Source: Limnobacter sp. CACIAM 66H1 (GTDB taxonomy: Bacteria; Pseudomonadota; Gammaproteobacteria; Burkholderiales; Burkholderiaceae_B). Taken from it: a stretch of DNA of 64,000 nt. The notes under the pieces were generated by a model, which did no database searches, was not told the DNA's origin, and was given only the letters and a program-made list of their open reading frames with translations. Positions within the stretch are counted from its first letter, which is position 1. Each line of letters begins with the position of its first letter. Made by a program: the position numbers and the translations under genes. Of the stretch, positions 1 to 9,346 are shown in pieces. Where the stretch lies: the NCBI RefSeq assembly GCF_001601825.1, contig NZ_LUJK01000007.1, positions 4,261 to 68,260 of the forward strand, written 5' to 3'.

Positions 1-2757
1 GCGGACGCGCAGGCTTACTTCAGCAGCTACTTGCATGCAATCCATGTGATTGGGCAAAGTAACTCCAAAGGCGTAATCGATGGTCACGGTATTTCTGTGA
101 AGTTGTCGGCATTGCATCCGCGATATACCGTGTGGCAAGAACAACGGGTGCAAGCCGAACTCTACCCGCGGCTGTACACACTGGCACTTTCAGCCAGGCA
201 GCACAACATTGCCTTCAATGTGGATGCAGAGGAAAGCGAGCGTCTGGAACTATCACTCGACCTGTTCACACGCTTGGCCTTCGAGCCTGAATTAAGGTGC
301 TGGAATGGTCTTGGGTTGGCGGTTCAGGCCTATCAAACCCGAGCGACCGCGGTGGTTCGGTTTATTGCTGCACTGGCACGCGCCAGTGAACGGGTTATCC
401 AGGTTCGATTGGTCAAAGGTGCATATTGGGACAGTGAAATCAAGCGTTGCCAAATACAGGGTTTGGCACATTTCCCGGTGTTTACCCAGAAGGTTCACAC
501 CGATCTTTCATACCTGTGTTGCGCGCAGCTGATGTTGCGCAATGCCAATTTCATTTACCCACAATTTGCCACCCACAACGCCCACACCTACGCCGCTGTT
601 CAGCACATGGCCGAGCAACTGAATGTTCGGCAGTTCGAGATGCAGTGTTTGCATGGCATGGGTGAGGGGCTTTACAGCCGTGCCAGGATTTATGCGCCTG
701 TGGGCACTCACCAAACATTGCTTCCCTACCTGGTGCGCCGTTTGCTGGAAAATGGTGCCAACACCTCCTTCGTCAACCAGATGGTGGATCCGAATGTGGA
801 CGTGAATGAACTGCTGGAACACCCGGTTCTCACCTTGCGTAGGCATGGCGTTCAAAGCAACCCAGCCTGCGTACCTGCACCGAATTTGTTTGGTGCCAAT
901 CGCCTGAACTCAAGCGGGCTTGATTTGTATTGCAAACGCACTGTGCAGCAACTGCATCTAGCCGTGGGTAGCGGAACCTTTAAGGATTTGAAACCCTTGG
1001 CTTACAGCACACATGGGCAGGTGCAATCCGCATTGGGTGTTGCTTTTCGATCGCGCAGCACGGGTAGCGACTGGTTTGAGAAAGGGCCAGCACACTGGGC
1101 GGCTGTCTTGTTGCAAGCAGCGGAGCTGCTTGAGAGTCATCACCTTCAATTGATTAACCTGCTGGTTCACGAAGCCAGAAAAACCATCCCAAATGCCCAC
1201 ATGGAAGTGCGCGAGGCCGTTGATTTTTGCCGCTACTATGCAGCCCAGGCTTCCAACTTGCTTGCATCGCAATCCAAATCAACATCGCGCCTTGCGGTGT
1301 GCATCAGCCCCTGGAATTTTCCTTTGGCCATTTTTGTGGGGCAGGTGGTGGGTGCACTGGCCAGTGGGCACGTGGTGGTTGCCAAGCCCGCCGAGCAAAC
1401 GCCGCACATTGCATGTTATGCAGCAACGCTGTTGCATAAGGCAGGCGTGCCTGTTGAGGTGTTGCAGCTGGTCTATGGCGACTGGGAAGTGGGTGCATGG
1501 CTATGCAGTTATCCAGCAGTGGATACCGTCTTGTTCACGGGTTCAAATGCTGCGGCCAAGCATATTCAAGCCAGTTTGTTGAATCGTGACTGCTTGCAAA
1601 GCCCCGCCTTGCTGATTGCTGAAACAGGCGGACAAAATGCCATGGTGGTTGACTCATCGGCATTGCTTGAACAAGTGGTTGGGGATGCGCTTGAATCGGC
1701 TTTTGGAAGTGCGGGGCAGCGTTGTTCGGCACTGCGGGTGCTGTGTGTGCAAGAGGACATCGCCGACAGCCTCATCGCGCTGCTAAAAGCCGCAATGCAG
1801 GAACTTCAGGTGGGCGATCCTGCATTGTTTTCCACTGATTTTGGACCCCTGATTGATCGAGAAGCATGGCAAGCAGTGAATGCCCATATTGAGAACATGA
1901 ACGCAAATGGATGTCCCGTGTTCCGGGCGGAGCGTGTGAATCTTCCACTCGCGGGTCACTTTGTGGTGCCGACCTTGATCGAACTACAGCACTTGAATGA
2001 ACTGCAGCAAGAGGTGTTTGGCCCGGTATTGCATGTCTTGCGTTTCAAGGCCAACCAATTGCCTGCCTTGCTTCACGAATTGAATGCCACCGGATATGCC
2101 CTTACTTTTGGCATTCACAGCCGCATTCAATCCACCATCGATCTGGTTTGCAACACCACGCAAGCCGGCAACGTGTATGTGAACCGAAACATGGTAGGTG
2201 CTGTGGTGGGTAGCCAGCCATTTGGTGGGCATGGCAAGTCGGGAACCGGCCCCAAAGCCGGTGGCCCACATTATTTGCCTAGCTTGATGCGCCTGCCTCA
2301 GCTTAAGAATATGCAGGACCACGAATTGCCCGGCCCCACAGGTGAACAAAACCTTTACCGATGTCGACCCCGTGGCCGGGTTTGGTGTACGGCAAAGGAC
2401 CTTGCTTTGCTTGAACAACAAATTGACGCAGTGCTGGCCACCGGGAATGTGCCGGTTTGTGAACTCGCAGACGATGACCGAAACCTGCACTTGATCGTGA
2501 ATGCCGAGGTGTTGTCTGAAATCGATCTTGGCAATATCAACCTGGTAATTTGTCACCCGGAAAACACAGAAATCGTGAAAAGGGTGTGCAATCGCCTGGC
2601 CAAGCACCCCGGATCAATCATTCCTCTGGTGTTGGGCGATGAGCATGGTGTTTATCCAGATTACAGGCTGGTTTGTGAGCAGGTGCTGTCAATCAACACC
2701 GCAGCCATCGGTGGTAACTTGACGCTGCTTGCAGATGATCATCAGGGGTCGCATTAA
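1..2757 (+). CDS. putA: Bifunctional proline dehydrogenase / L-glutamate gamma-semialdehyde dehydrogenase PutA (5' end lies before the window)
   Basis: Frame is open from base 1 (ADAQAYFSSYLHAIH...). PRODH motifs: ISVKLSALHPRY, VDAEE, RLVKGAYWDSEIK, FATHNAHT, QCLHGMGE, YLVRRLLENGANTSF. ALDH motifs: ISPWNFPLAIF, ETGGQN, SAGQRCSALR, EVFGPVLH, QPFGG. Confidence 0.96.
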   Translation, partial: ADAQAYFSSYLHAIHVIGQSNSKGVIDGHGISVKLSALHPRYTVWQEQRVQAELYPRLYTLALSARQHNIAFNVDAEESERLELSLDLFTRLAFEPELRCWNGLGLAVQAYQTRATAVVRFIAALARASERVIQVRLVKGAYWDSEIKRCQIQGLAHFPVFTQKVHTDLSYLCCAQLMLRNANFIYPQFATHNAHTYAAVQHMAEQLNVRQFEMQCLHGMGEGLYSRARIYAPVGTHQTLLPYLVRRLLENGANTSFVNQMVDPNVDVNELLEHPVLTLRRHGVQSNPACVPAPNLFGANRLNSSGLDLYCKRTVQQLHLAVGSGTFKDLKPLAYSTHGQVQSALGVAFRSRSTGSDWFEKGPAHWAAVLLQAAELLESHHLQLINLLVHEARKTIPNAHMEVREAVDFCRYYAAQASNLLASQSKSTSRLAVCISPWNFPLAIFVGQVVGALASGHVVVAKPAEQTPHIACYAATLLHKAGVPVEVLQLVYGDWEVGAWLCSYPAVDTVLFTGSNAAAKHIQASLLNRDCLQSPALLIAETGGQNAMVVDSSALLEQVVGDALESAFGSAGQRCSALRVLCVQEDIADSLIALLKAAMQELQVGDPALFSTDFGPLIDREAWQAVNAHIENMNANGCPVFRAERVNLPLAGHFVVPTLIELQHLNELQQEVFGPVLHVLRFKANQLPALLHELNATGYALTFGIHSRIQSTIDLVCNTTQAGNVYVNRNMVGAVVGSQPFGGHGKSGTGPKAGGPHYLPSLMRLPQLKNMQDHELPGPTGEQNLYRCRPRGRVWCTAKDLALLEQQIDAVLATGNVPVCELADDDRNLHLIVNAEVLSEIDLGNINLVICHPENTEIVKRVCNRLAKHPGSIIPLVLGDEHGVYPDYRLVCEQVLSINTAAIGGNLTLLADDHQGSH

Positions 2758-2798
2758 CCATGGCACAATCGGGAACCGGATCATCAATGCAGTAAAAC

Positions 2799-5438
2799 AT
2801 GTCTGAATTTCGAGGTATTCCGCCAGGCCCCAATGTGGGTACCCAGCTCAAAGCCCTGCGTCGAAAAAAGAAAGCGGCCGACAGGGCAGCCCATTCGGCG
2901 CAAGCCATGGTCGGTCAAGCCGCCGAAGTCGCTCCTCAGGCGAATAGGCCGCCGTTGTCAGAACTCACCTTGGCCAATCTTCAGGAGTGGTTCGACGCAC
3001 AAGGCTGGCAGCCTTTCGAGTATCAATTGCAGGTGTGGAAGGCATTTCAGAAGGGCCACAGCGGCTTACTGCACGCGACCACCGGTGCTGGTAAAACCCT
3101 GGCGGTGTGGCTGGGTGCCTTGCTTCGGCTGGCACAACTTCCCAAGCCAAGGGGTGCGGCAACTCGTGTCATGTGGATAACACCCATGCGCGCTTTGGCT
3201 GCTGACAGCACCAAGGCTTTGCAACAATCGCTGTCTGCCCTGGTGGGTGATTGTGATGTGGCCTTGCAAACCGGCGACACCGATTCAGCTGCGCGAGCAG
3301 CCATTTTGCGCAAGCCCCCTTTCGCTTTGGTCACCACGCCTGAAAGCCTGACCCTGATGTTCACGCGCGCCAGCAGCCAGCCCAACTTGAGCAAACTGCA
3401 AGTGTTGGTGGTCGATGAATGGCATGAACTGATCGGCAACAAACGTGGCGTGCAACTGCAGTTGGCCATCGCACGCCTGGCCCGCATTAACCCGGGCCTG
3501 CAAGTGTGGGGTTTAAGCGCTACTTTGGGTAACTTGCCGGTGGCCATGGATGTGCTGCTACACCCTGTTAAAAACGATGCCAAGTGCACTTTGGTCCAGG
3601 GCAAGTTACCCAAACAATTGATGATCGACAGCTTGATTCCTGACACCTTTGAGCGTTTTCCATGGGGTGGGCATCTGGGCTTGAATCAGCTCGAGTTTGT
3701 GGCGCGAGAAATCGACCAGTCTGCATCCACCCTCGTATTCACCAATACACGTTCTCAAGCGGAAATTTGGTATCAGGCTTTGCTCGAAGCCCGGCCCGAC
3801 TACGCCGGTTTACTGGCCTTGCACCACGGCTCACTCGATAAAACTGTACGAGATTGGGTCGAGCAAGGATTAAAGAACGGCAGCCTGAAGGCGGTGGTAT
3901 GTACCTCATCGCTTGATCTGGGCGTTGATTTTTTACCCGTAGAACGCGTGATTCAAATTGGTTCGCCCAAAGGCGTTGCCCGACTGCTTCAACGTGCAGG
4001 CAGGTCCGGGCATGCACCTGGCAGGCCTTCCCGAATTACTGTGGTACCTACCCATGCGCTTGAATTGGTCGAGGCCGCTGCTGCCCGACATGCTGCCCAG
4101 CAAAAACAGATTGAATCGCGTTTTAGCCCGCAGGCCCCACTGGACGTGTTGGTGCAGCACCTGGTGACGGTAGCCATGGGCACTGGATTTAAACCTGATG
4201 AATTGTTTGCCGAAGTGTGCACCACAAGTGCATATGAAAATTTGAGCCGCTCCCAGTTTGATTGGGCCTTGGCTTTTGTAGAGAAGGGAGGCGAAAGCCT
4301 GGCTGCGTATCCGGACTATCAAAGGGTGGCCGCCGATGAGGAAGGTATTTACCGCGTGCCCCGGCGTGACATTGCGCGCAGGCATGCCATGTCGGTGGGT
4401 ACCATTGTCTCCGACTCAGCGATGCATGTGGCGTGGATGACTGGCGGGCGCCTTGGCACCATTGAAGAAGGATTCATCGCACGCTTGAAGACCGGCGATT
4501 GTTTCAGTTTTGCAGGTCGCGTGCTCGAACTGGTGAAGGTGCGTGACATGACTGCCTATGTGCGCAAAGCCGACCGCAAAAAAGCCACGGTGCCGCAGTG
4601 GCAGGGCGGTAAAATGCCCTTGAGTAGTGAACTTGCGCACGCCTCCCTGCAAATGCTGGAGCTGGCGCACCAGGCTATTTCTTCCGGGAAAAAGACCACT
4701 TTGCCCGAGCTGCGCGCACTTGAGAGTTTGTTGGCCTTGCAAATGCGCTGGAGTGCTTTGCCCAATACGGGTAATTTGCTGATCGAGGAGCTGCACAGCA
4801 AAGAAGGTCACCACCTGTTTGTATATCCATTTGAAGGACGAACTGTTCACATTGGCTTGGCCAGTCTTCTGGCTTGGCGTGCCTCGCGACACAAACCGGG
4901 TACGTTCTCAATTGCCATGAACGATTACGGGTTTGAACTGTTGAGTGCGGAACCCGTGAACTGGCATGAATGGATTGCTGGCAGCCTTGCGCAAGCCCCG
5001 TTGTTTTCAACGGAGAATCTTTTCGAGGATGTGCTGGCTTGTCTCAACGCTTCTGAACTGGCCCAGCGACGTTTCCGGGAAATTGCCAGAATCGCGGGGT
5101 TGGTTTTTCAAGGCTTTCCCGGGGCGGGAAAAAGTGCGAAGCAGTTGCAAGCCTCCAGTGGTCTGTTTTTTGAGGTGTTCAAAAAACACGATCAACACAA
5201 TTTATTGTTGGACCAGGCCCAGCGGGAAGCGCTTGAGCAAGAACTTGATTTGAAACGAATGGAGTCAGCGCTTCGTGCAATTCACAGCAAAACTTTGGAG
5301 TTCAAGTTGATTGACCGCCCAACACCTTTTGCGTTTCCCTTGCTGATTGAGCGTTTGCGTGAAACTGTGAGCACGGAAAAGCTCAGCGATCGTGTGGCAA
5401 GAATGGTGGCAGAGCTGGAGAAAGCAGCTCAGGTTTAA
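2799..5438 (+). CDS. lhr: Lhr-core type SF2 DEXH-box helicase (ligase-associated DNA damage response helicase family)
   Basis: 879 aa with motifs [40 protein letters not shown] and QRAGRSGH. Immediately followed by a metallophosphoesterase, the usual partner of this family. Confidence 0.9.
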   Translation: MSEFRGIPPGPNVGTQLKALRRKKKAADRAAHSAQAMVGQAAEVAPQANRPPLSELTLANLQEWFDAQGWQPFEYQLQVWKAFQKGHSGLLHATTGAGKTLAVWLGALLRLAQLPKPRGAATRVMWITPMRALAADSTKALQQSLSALVGDCDVALQTGDTDSAARAAILRKPPFALVTTPESLTLMFTRASSQPNLSKLQVLVVDEWHELIGNKRGVQLQLAIARLARINPGLQVWGLSATLGNLPVAMDVLLHPVKNDAKCTLVQGKLPKQLMIDSLIPDTFERFPWGGHLGLNQLEFVAREIDQSASTLVFTNTRSQAEIWYQALLEARPDYAGLLALHHGSLDKTVRDWVEQGLKNGSLKAVVCTSSLDLGVDFLPVERVIQIGSPKGVARLLQRAGRSGHAPGRPSRITVVPTHALELVEAAAARHAAQQKQIESRFSPQAPLDVLVQHLVTVAMGTGFKPDELFAEVCTTSAYENLSRSQFDWALAFVEKGGESLAAYPDYQRVAADEEGIYRVPRRDIARRHAMSVGTIVSDSAMHVAWMTGGRLGTIEEGFIARLKTGDCFSFAGRVLELVKVRDMTAYVRKADRKKATVPQWQGGKMPLSSELAHASLQMLELAHQAISSGKKTTLPELRALESLLALQMRWSALPNTGNLLIEELHSKEGHHLFVYPFEGRTVHIGLASLLAWRASRHKPGTFSIAMNDYGFELLSAEPVNWHEWIAGSLAQAPLFSTENLFEDVLACLNASELAQRRFREIARIAGLVFQGFPGAGKSAKQLQASSGLFFEVFKKHDQHNLLLDQAQREALEQELDLKRMESALRAIHSKTLEFKLIDRPTPFAFPLLIERLRETVSTEKLSDRVARMVAELEKAAQV

Positions 5439-5473
5439 CAGATTTCAAAATTACAACCCAGGTTATTTTCAAC

Positions 5474-6124
5474 GTGCATTTGTTGTCAGCAAATTCTTCG
5501 GTACATTCAATTGAAACGCCATTTGGTGCACTTCAACTGTCGCGCCACAAAGTGATGTTTTCACCCGCACACAAGGCGCTTTTTGTCGCCGACGTTCATT
5601 TGGGAAAAGCCGCTACTTTTCGCAGCCTGGGTGTGCCTGTGCCTGCGGGGACCACTCAAGAGAATCTGGATAAGCTCTCAGAATGTATCGCAGAATTCAA
5701 TCCACTTTCGGTGTATTTTCTGGGCGATTTGTTGCACGCAAAAATGGCGCACAACCCCGACTTGCTCGGCAAACTGATGGCTTGGCGTGTCCAGCACACA
5801 AACCTGGCCATGACGTTGATTCGCGGCAATCACGACAGCAGGGCGGGTGATCCGCCTGCAAGTTTGAACATCTCTGTGGTTCAGGAGCCTTTCATGCTGG
5901 GTGGGTTTGCCTTGTGCCATCACCCACAGACCGTGCAAAATGCTTTGGTGCTTGCCGGGCATGAGCACCCAGTCGTGGTACTGAATGGAAAAGGTAGAAG
6001 CCGAGCCCGATTGCCATGCTTCTACCTGAAAACCGATCAGCTCATACTGCCTTCATTTGGTGCTTTCACCGGCGGTTATGCGGTCAATCCCCAGGCCGGC
6101 GAAGCAGTATTTCCAGTGGTGTGA
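5474..6124 (+). CDS. pdeM: Ligase-associated DNA damage response endonuclease / metallophosphoesterase (PdeM/MPE)
   Basis: Calcineurin-like motifs ADVHLGK, LGDLLH, RGNHD, CHHP, AGHEHP and LPSFGAFTGG. Adjacent to the Lhr-core helicase. Confidence 0.9.
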   Translation: MHLLSANSSVHSIETPFGALQLSRHKVMFSPAHKALFVADVHLGKAATFRSLGVPVPAGTTQENLDKLSECIAEFNPLSVYFLGDLLHAKMAHNPDLLGKLMAWRVQHTNLAMTLIRGNHDSRAGDPPASLNISVVQEPFMLGGFALCHHPQTVQNALVLAGHEHPVVVLNGKGRSRARLPCFYLKTDQLILPSFGAFTGGYAVNPQAGEAVFPVV

Positions 6125-6167
6125 AAAGTGGGCCCTTCAGCCCACTGATTTGCCACTTGGTGGCTCT

Positions 6168-6620
6168 TTACTTGCCTTTGCTCAGGCCAAGCTTTCCACC
6201 ACCCAAGGCCACAACCATCAGCAAACCACCAGCCACGCTCACGTTTTTCATGAACATCAATTGCTGAACATAGGCTTGGTCTGCAGGCATGGCCCAATAG
6301 TTGTGAAACAAAACCGAGGCAGCCAGGGTGAAGCCGGCCAGCAGCAATGCTGCAATTCGTACCTGAAAGCCGACAATCAAGGCGAGGCCCGCGCCGATTT
6401 CAACCGCAATGGTCAGCACGGTGAGTACTTCAGGAAAAGGCAGGCCCACCGAGCCAATGTAGCCGGCTGTACCCTCAAATCCGCCGATTTTGTCGAACCC
6501 GGCGAGAACAAACATGGCAGCCAGCAGAACCCGGCCAATCAGGGCAACTGTAGATGCTGAGCTGTTCAAGGCGCTGTCCAGCGCATTGGAACCAGTGTGT
6601 GTAGTGTTTGCTGTAGTCAT
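6168..6620 (-). CDS. DoxX family membrane protein
   Basis: Four hydrophobic segments with motifs LIGRVLLAAMFVLAG, VEIGAGLALIVG, HNYWA and FMKNVSVAGGLL. GGAG RBS upstream on the minus strand. Confidence 0.9.
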   Translation of the reverse strand: MTTANTTHTGSNALDSALNSSASTVALIGRVLLAAMFVLAGFDKIGGFEGTAGYIGSVGLPFPEVLTVLTIAVEIGAGLALIVGFQVRIAALLLAGFTLAASVLFHNYWAMPADQAYVQQLMFMKNVSVAGGLLMVVALGGGKLGLSKGK

Positions 6621-6713
6621 TTCAATTCTCCGTATTGGGTTTGCGATTCACTGAATCGATGGATGAATCATGCGCGCTCACTCTAGGGAAATCGAGCAGT
6701 GGTTTTCGCATTG

Positions 6714-6736
6714 TTTATTCAAATAATTTGAATAAA
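6714..6736. promoter_or_regulatory. Perfect 23-bp AT-rich palindrome, probable transcription-factor operator (contains a LysR-type T-N11-A core)
   Basis: TTTATTCAAAT-A-ATTTGAATAAA has 11-bp perfect arms. It lies in the divergent doxX/tetR intergenic region. Confidence 0.6.
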
Positions 6737-6821
6737 TGGATGGTGACGCCTGAACCCTAGAGGTATTTCTCTAACCTGGCCCATTCCCTTTTTCTAGAAG
6801 AAATAGCGTACACTCATAAAA

Positions 6822-6841
6822 AAACGAACGTTCGGTCTATT
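6822..6841. promoter_or_regulatory. Candidate TetR autoregulatory operator for the fatty-acid degradation operon
   Basis: AAACGAACGTTCGGTCTATT lies 6 nt upstream of the tetR ATG. It contains the perfect palindrome CGAACGTTCG and an imperfect GAACG-N2-CGGTC dyad. Confidence 0.45.
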
Positions 6842-6847
6842 TTTTAT

Positions 6848-7462
6848 ATGCGCAAAGGTGAACAAACCCGAGCCGCCATCGTTGAGGCGGCGCTAGAAAT
6901 CGCGTCCACGCAAGGGCTCGAGGGTTTAACCATTGGCTCCATTGCTGAAAAAATGGCCATGAGTAAAAGCGGTGTGTTTGCCCACTTTGGCTCGCGCGAA
7001 GAACTTCAAATTGCCGTACTGCAAGAGTACGAAACCCAATTCATTAATGCAGTGCTGTTTCCCTGCCTGAAAGAGCCCCGAGGATTGCCCCGTTTGCGTG
7101 CAATTTTCATGCGCTGGCTTGACCGGATCGGCAAGGAAATTGACAGCGGTTGCATCTATATTTCAGGCGCGACAGAATACGATGACAGGCCAGGGGCGGT
7201 TCGCGATGTTCTGGTGAAAATGCATCGCGACTGGCAAAAAGAAATGCACCGTGCCACGGCACAGGCCATCGAAGAAAATCATTTACCGGCCAATCAGGCG
7301 CATGCGGACCAACTCGTTTTCGAGATGGTTGGCCTGATTCTGGCAGCCCACCAGCAAGGTCGCCTTATGGGCGATTCTTCATCTGTGAAGCGGGCCAGCC
7401 AAGGCTTTGAACGCATGATTCAGCATTACCAGCAAACCCCGTCAGAAATTCTGAGCCAGTAG
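6848..7462 (+). CDS. TetR-family regulator heading a beta-oxidation operon (FadP/PsrA-like by context)
   Basis: N-terminal HTH (GLTIGSIAEKMAMSKSGVFAHFGSREEL). First gene of the acyl-CoA dehydrogenase / hydroxyacyl-CoA dehydrogenase / thiolase run. Confidence 0.88.
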   Translation: MRKGEQTRAAIVEAALEIASTQGLEGLTIGSIAEKMAMSKSGVFAHFGSREELQIAVLQEYETQFINAVLFPCLKEPRGLPRLRAIFMRWLDRIGKEIDSGCIYISGATEYDDRPGAVRDVLVKMHRDWQKEMHRATAQAIEENHLPANQAHADQLVFEMVGLILAAHQQGRLMGDSSSVKRASQGFERMIQHYQQTPSEILSQ

Positions 7463-7479
7463 TACCAGGAGACACTTCA

Positions 7480-9270
7480 ATGAGCCAATACACGCCCCCA
7501 ATTCGCGACATGCAATTCGTACTGCACGAAATGTTGAACGCAGAAGCCACGTTTAAAAGCATTCCCGCCTTTGAGGAAATTGACGCAGACACGGTGAACC
7601 AGATCATCGAAGAAGGCGGCAAATTCTGCGCGGAAGTCTTGCAGCCCTTGAATGCCGTGGGCGATTCAGAGGGTTGTACCTTGAACAAGGCCGACCATTC
7701 CCTGAAAACCCCGACCGGCTTCAAAGAAGCGTACCAGCAGTTCGTGGAAGCTGGCTGGGCCTCGCTGAGTTGCGACCCCAACTATGGTGGTCAAGGTTTG
7801 CCAGTGACTGTGAACCAGGCTTTCTATGAAATGATGAACAGCGCCAACCAGGCCTGGACCATGTACCCCGGTCTGACCCACGGCGCCTACGACTGTTTGC
7901 ACGCACATGGCAGCCAGGAACAGAAAGACCTGTACCTGCCCAAGCTGACCAGTGGTGAATGGACTGGCACCATGTGCCTGACTGAACCACACTGCGGTAC
8001 CGATCTGGGCATGTTGCGCAGCAAGGCCGAGCCACAGGCCGATGGCAGCTACAAAATCACCGGCGCTAAAATCTTCATCAGTTCTGGCGAACATGACATG
8101 GCCGAGAACATCATTCACCTGGTGTTGGCCCGTTTGCCCGATGCGCCTGTGGGCACCAAGGGTATTTCTCTGTTCCTGGTTCCGAAATTCATTCCCAATG
8201 CGGATGGATCACTGGGTGCACGCAACCCGATTTTCTGCGGCGCCATTGAACACAAAATGGGTATTCACGGCAACGCCACCTGCCAGATGAACCTGGACGG
8301 TGCAACAGGTTGGTTGATTGGTCAGCCACACCGCGGTTTGGCGGCCATGTTCGTGATGATGAACGCAGCCCGTCTGGGCGTGGGCATGCAGTCCTTGGGC
8401 CTGACTGAGGTTGCTTATCAAAACGCTGTTGTTTATGCGAAAGATCGCATTCAAAGCCGTTCACTCACCGGCCCTAAGGCCACTGATAAACCGGCTGACC
8501 CGATCATCGTACACCCTGACGTGCGCAAAATGTTGCTCACCACCCGAGCCTATGCCGAGGGTGGTCGTGCCTTGTGCATGTGGACCGCGCTGGAACTGGA
8601 CAAGGAACTGAGCCACCCCGATGAAGCGGTTCGCAAGGAAGCATCCGATATGGTTGCCTTGGCCACGCCAATCGTAAAAGCCTTTATCACCGACAACGCC
8701 TGGGAAGCCACCTCACACTGTATGCAAGTGTATGGCGGCCACGGTTACATCGCTGAGTGGGGCATGGAACAGTATGTTCGTGACAGCCGCATCAACATGA
8801 TTTACGAAGGCACCAACACCATTCAGTCACTGGACCTGCTAGGTCGTAAAGTGCTGGGCGACGGTGGCGCCAAGCTGATGAAGTTCGGCAAAATGGTGCG
8901 CGCCCTGTGCGAATCTGAAGCCAACAACCCAGCCATGAAAGAGTTCATTGAACCTTTGGCTGATTTGGGCGACAAGGTCAGCAAACTGACCATGGAAATC
9001 GGTGGCAAGGCCATGCAAAACCCCGATGAAGTGGGTGCTGCAGCTGTGGATTACCTGCGCGTTGTAGGCCACTTGTTCTACGCTTACTTCTTCGCCAAAG
9101 CTGCAAAAATCGCGCTGGAAAAACAGTCCAGTGGCGACAAGTTCTACACCGCGAAACTGCACACAGCCCGTTTCTACTTCCAGAAAATGCTGCCTGAAAC
9201 CGCCATGCTGATTCGCAAGGCGCGTGCCGGTTCCAGCAGCCTGATGGAAATGGAAGCAGATCTGTTCTAA
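7480..9270 (+). CDS. Acyl-CoA dehydrogenase (about 600 aa family)
   Basis: Motifs GTMCLTEPHCGTDLG, ITGAKIFIS, IEHKMGIHGNATC, QVYGGHGY and MIYEGTNTIQ. Confidence 0.95.
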   Translation: MSQYTPPIRDMQFVLHEMLNAEATFKSIPAFEEIDADTVNQIIEEGGKFCAEVLQPLNAVGDSEGCTLNKADHSLKTPTGFKEAYQQFVEAGWASLSCDPNYGGQGLPVTVNQAFYEMMNSANQAWTMYPGLTHGAYDCLHAHGSQEQKDLYLPKLTSGEWTGTMCLTEPHCGTDLGMLRSKAEPQADGSYKITGAKIFISSGEHDMAENIIHLVLARLPDAPVGTKGISLFLVPKFIPNADGSLGARNPIFCGAIEHKMGIHGNATCQMNLDGATGWLIGQPHRGLAAMFVMMNAARLGVGMQSLGLTEVAYQNAVVYAKDRIQSRSLTGPKATDKPADPIIVHPDVRKMLLTTRAYAEGGRALCMWTALELDKELSHPDEAVRKEASDMVALATPIVKAFITDNAWEATSHCMQVYGGHGYIAEWGMEQYVRDSRINMIYEGTNTIQSLDLLGRKVLGDGGAKLMKFGKMVRALCESEANNPAMKEFIEPLADLGDKVSKLTMEIGGKAMQNPDEVGAAAVDYLRVVGHLFYAYFFAKAAKIALEKQSSGDKFYTAKLHTARFYFQKMLPETAMLIRKARAGSSSLMEMEADLF

Positions 9271-9290
9271 GAAATCCTGTCCCGTAGTAC

Positions 9291-9314
9291 CCCGCAGCCA
9301 CACGTGGTTGCGGG
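9291..9314 (+). other. Intercistronic stem-loop
   Basis: CCCGCAGCCAC-AC-GTGGTTGCGGG forms an 11-bp stem with one G-U pair and has no U-tract. It lies between the acyl-CoA dehydrogenase gene and the next gene. Confidence 0.5.
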
Positions 9315-9346
9315 CGTTGAATCCAATTAACTCGAAGGAGACACGC

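Noticed and set aside
900-1300. The PutA linker and start of the ALDH domain look shorter and more divergent than in E. coli PutA
   Set aside because: The frame is uninterrupted and all catalytic motifs are present, so this is ordinary length variation.
6681-6762. CTAG-containing inverted ends as a possible IS5-type or MITE footprint
   Set aside because: The arms are only 8 bp, with no target duplication, no transposase and no second copy in the window.
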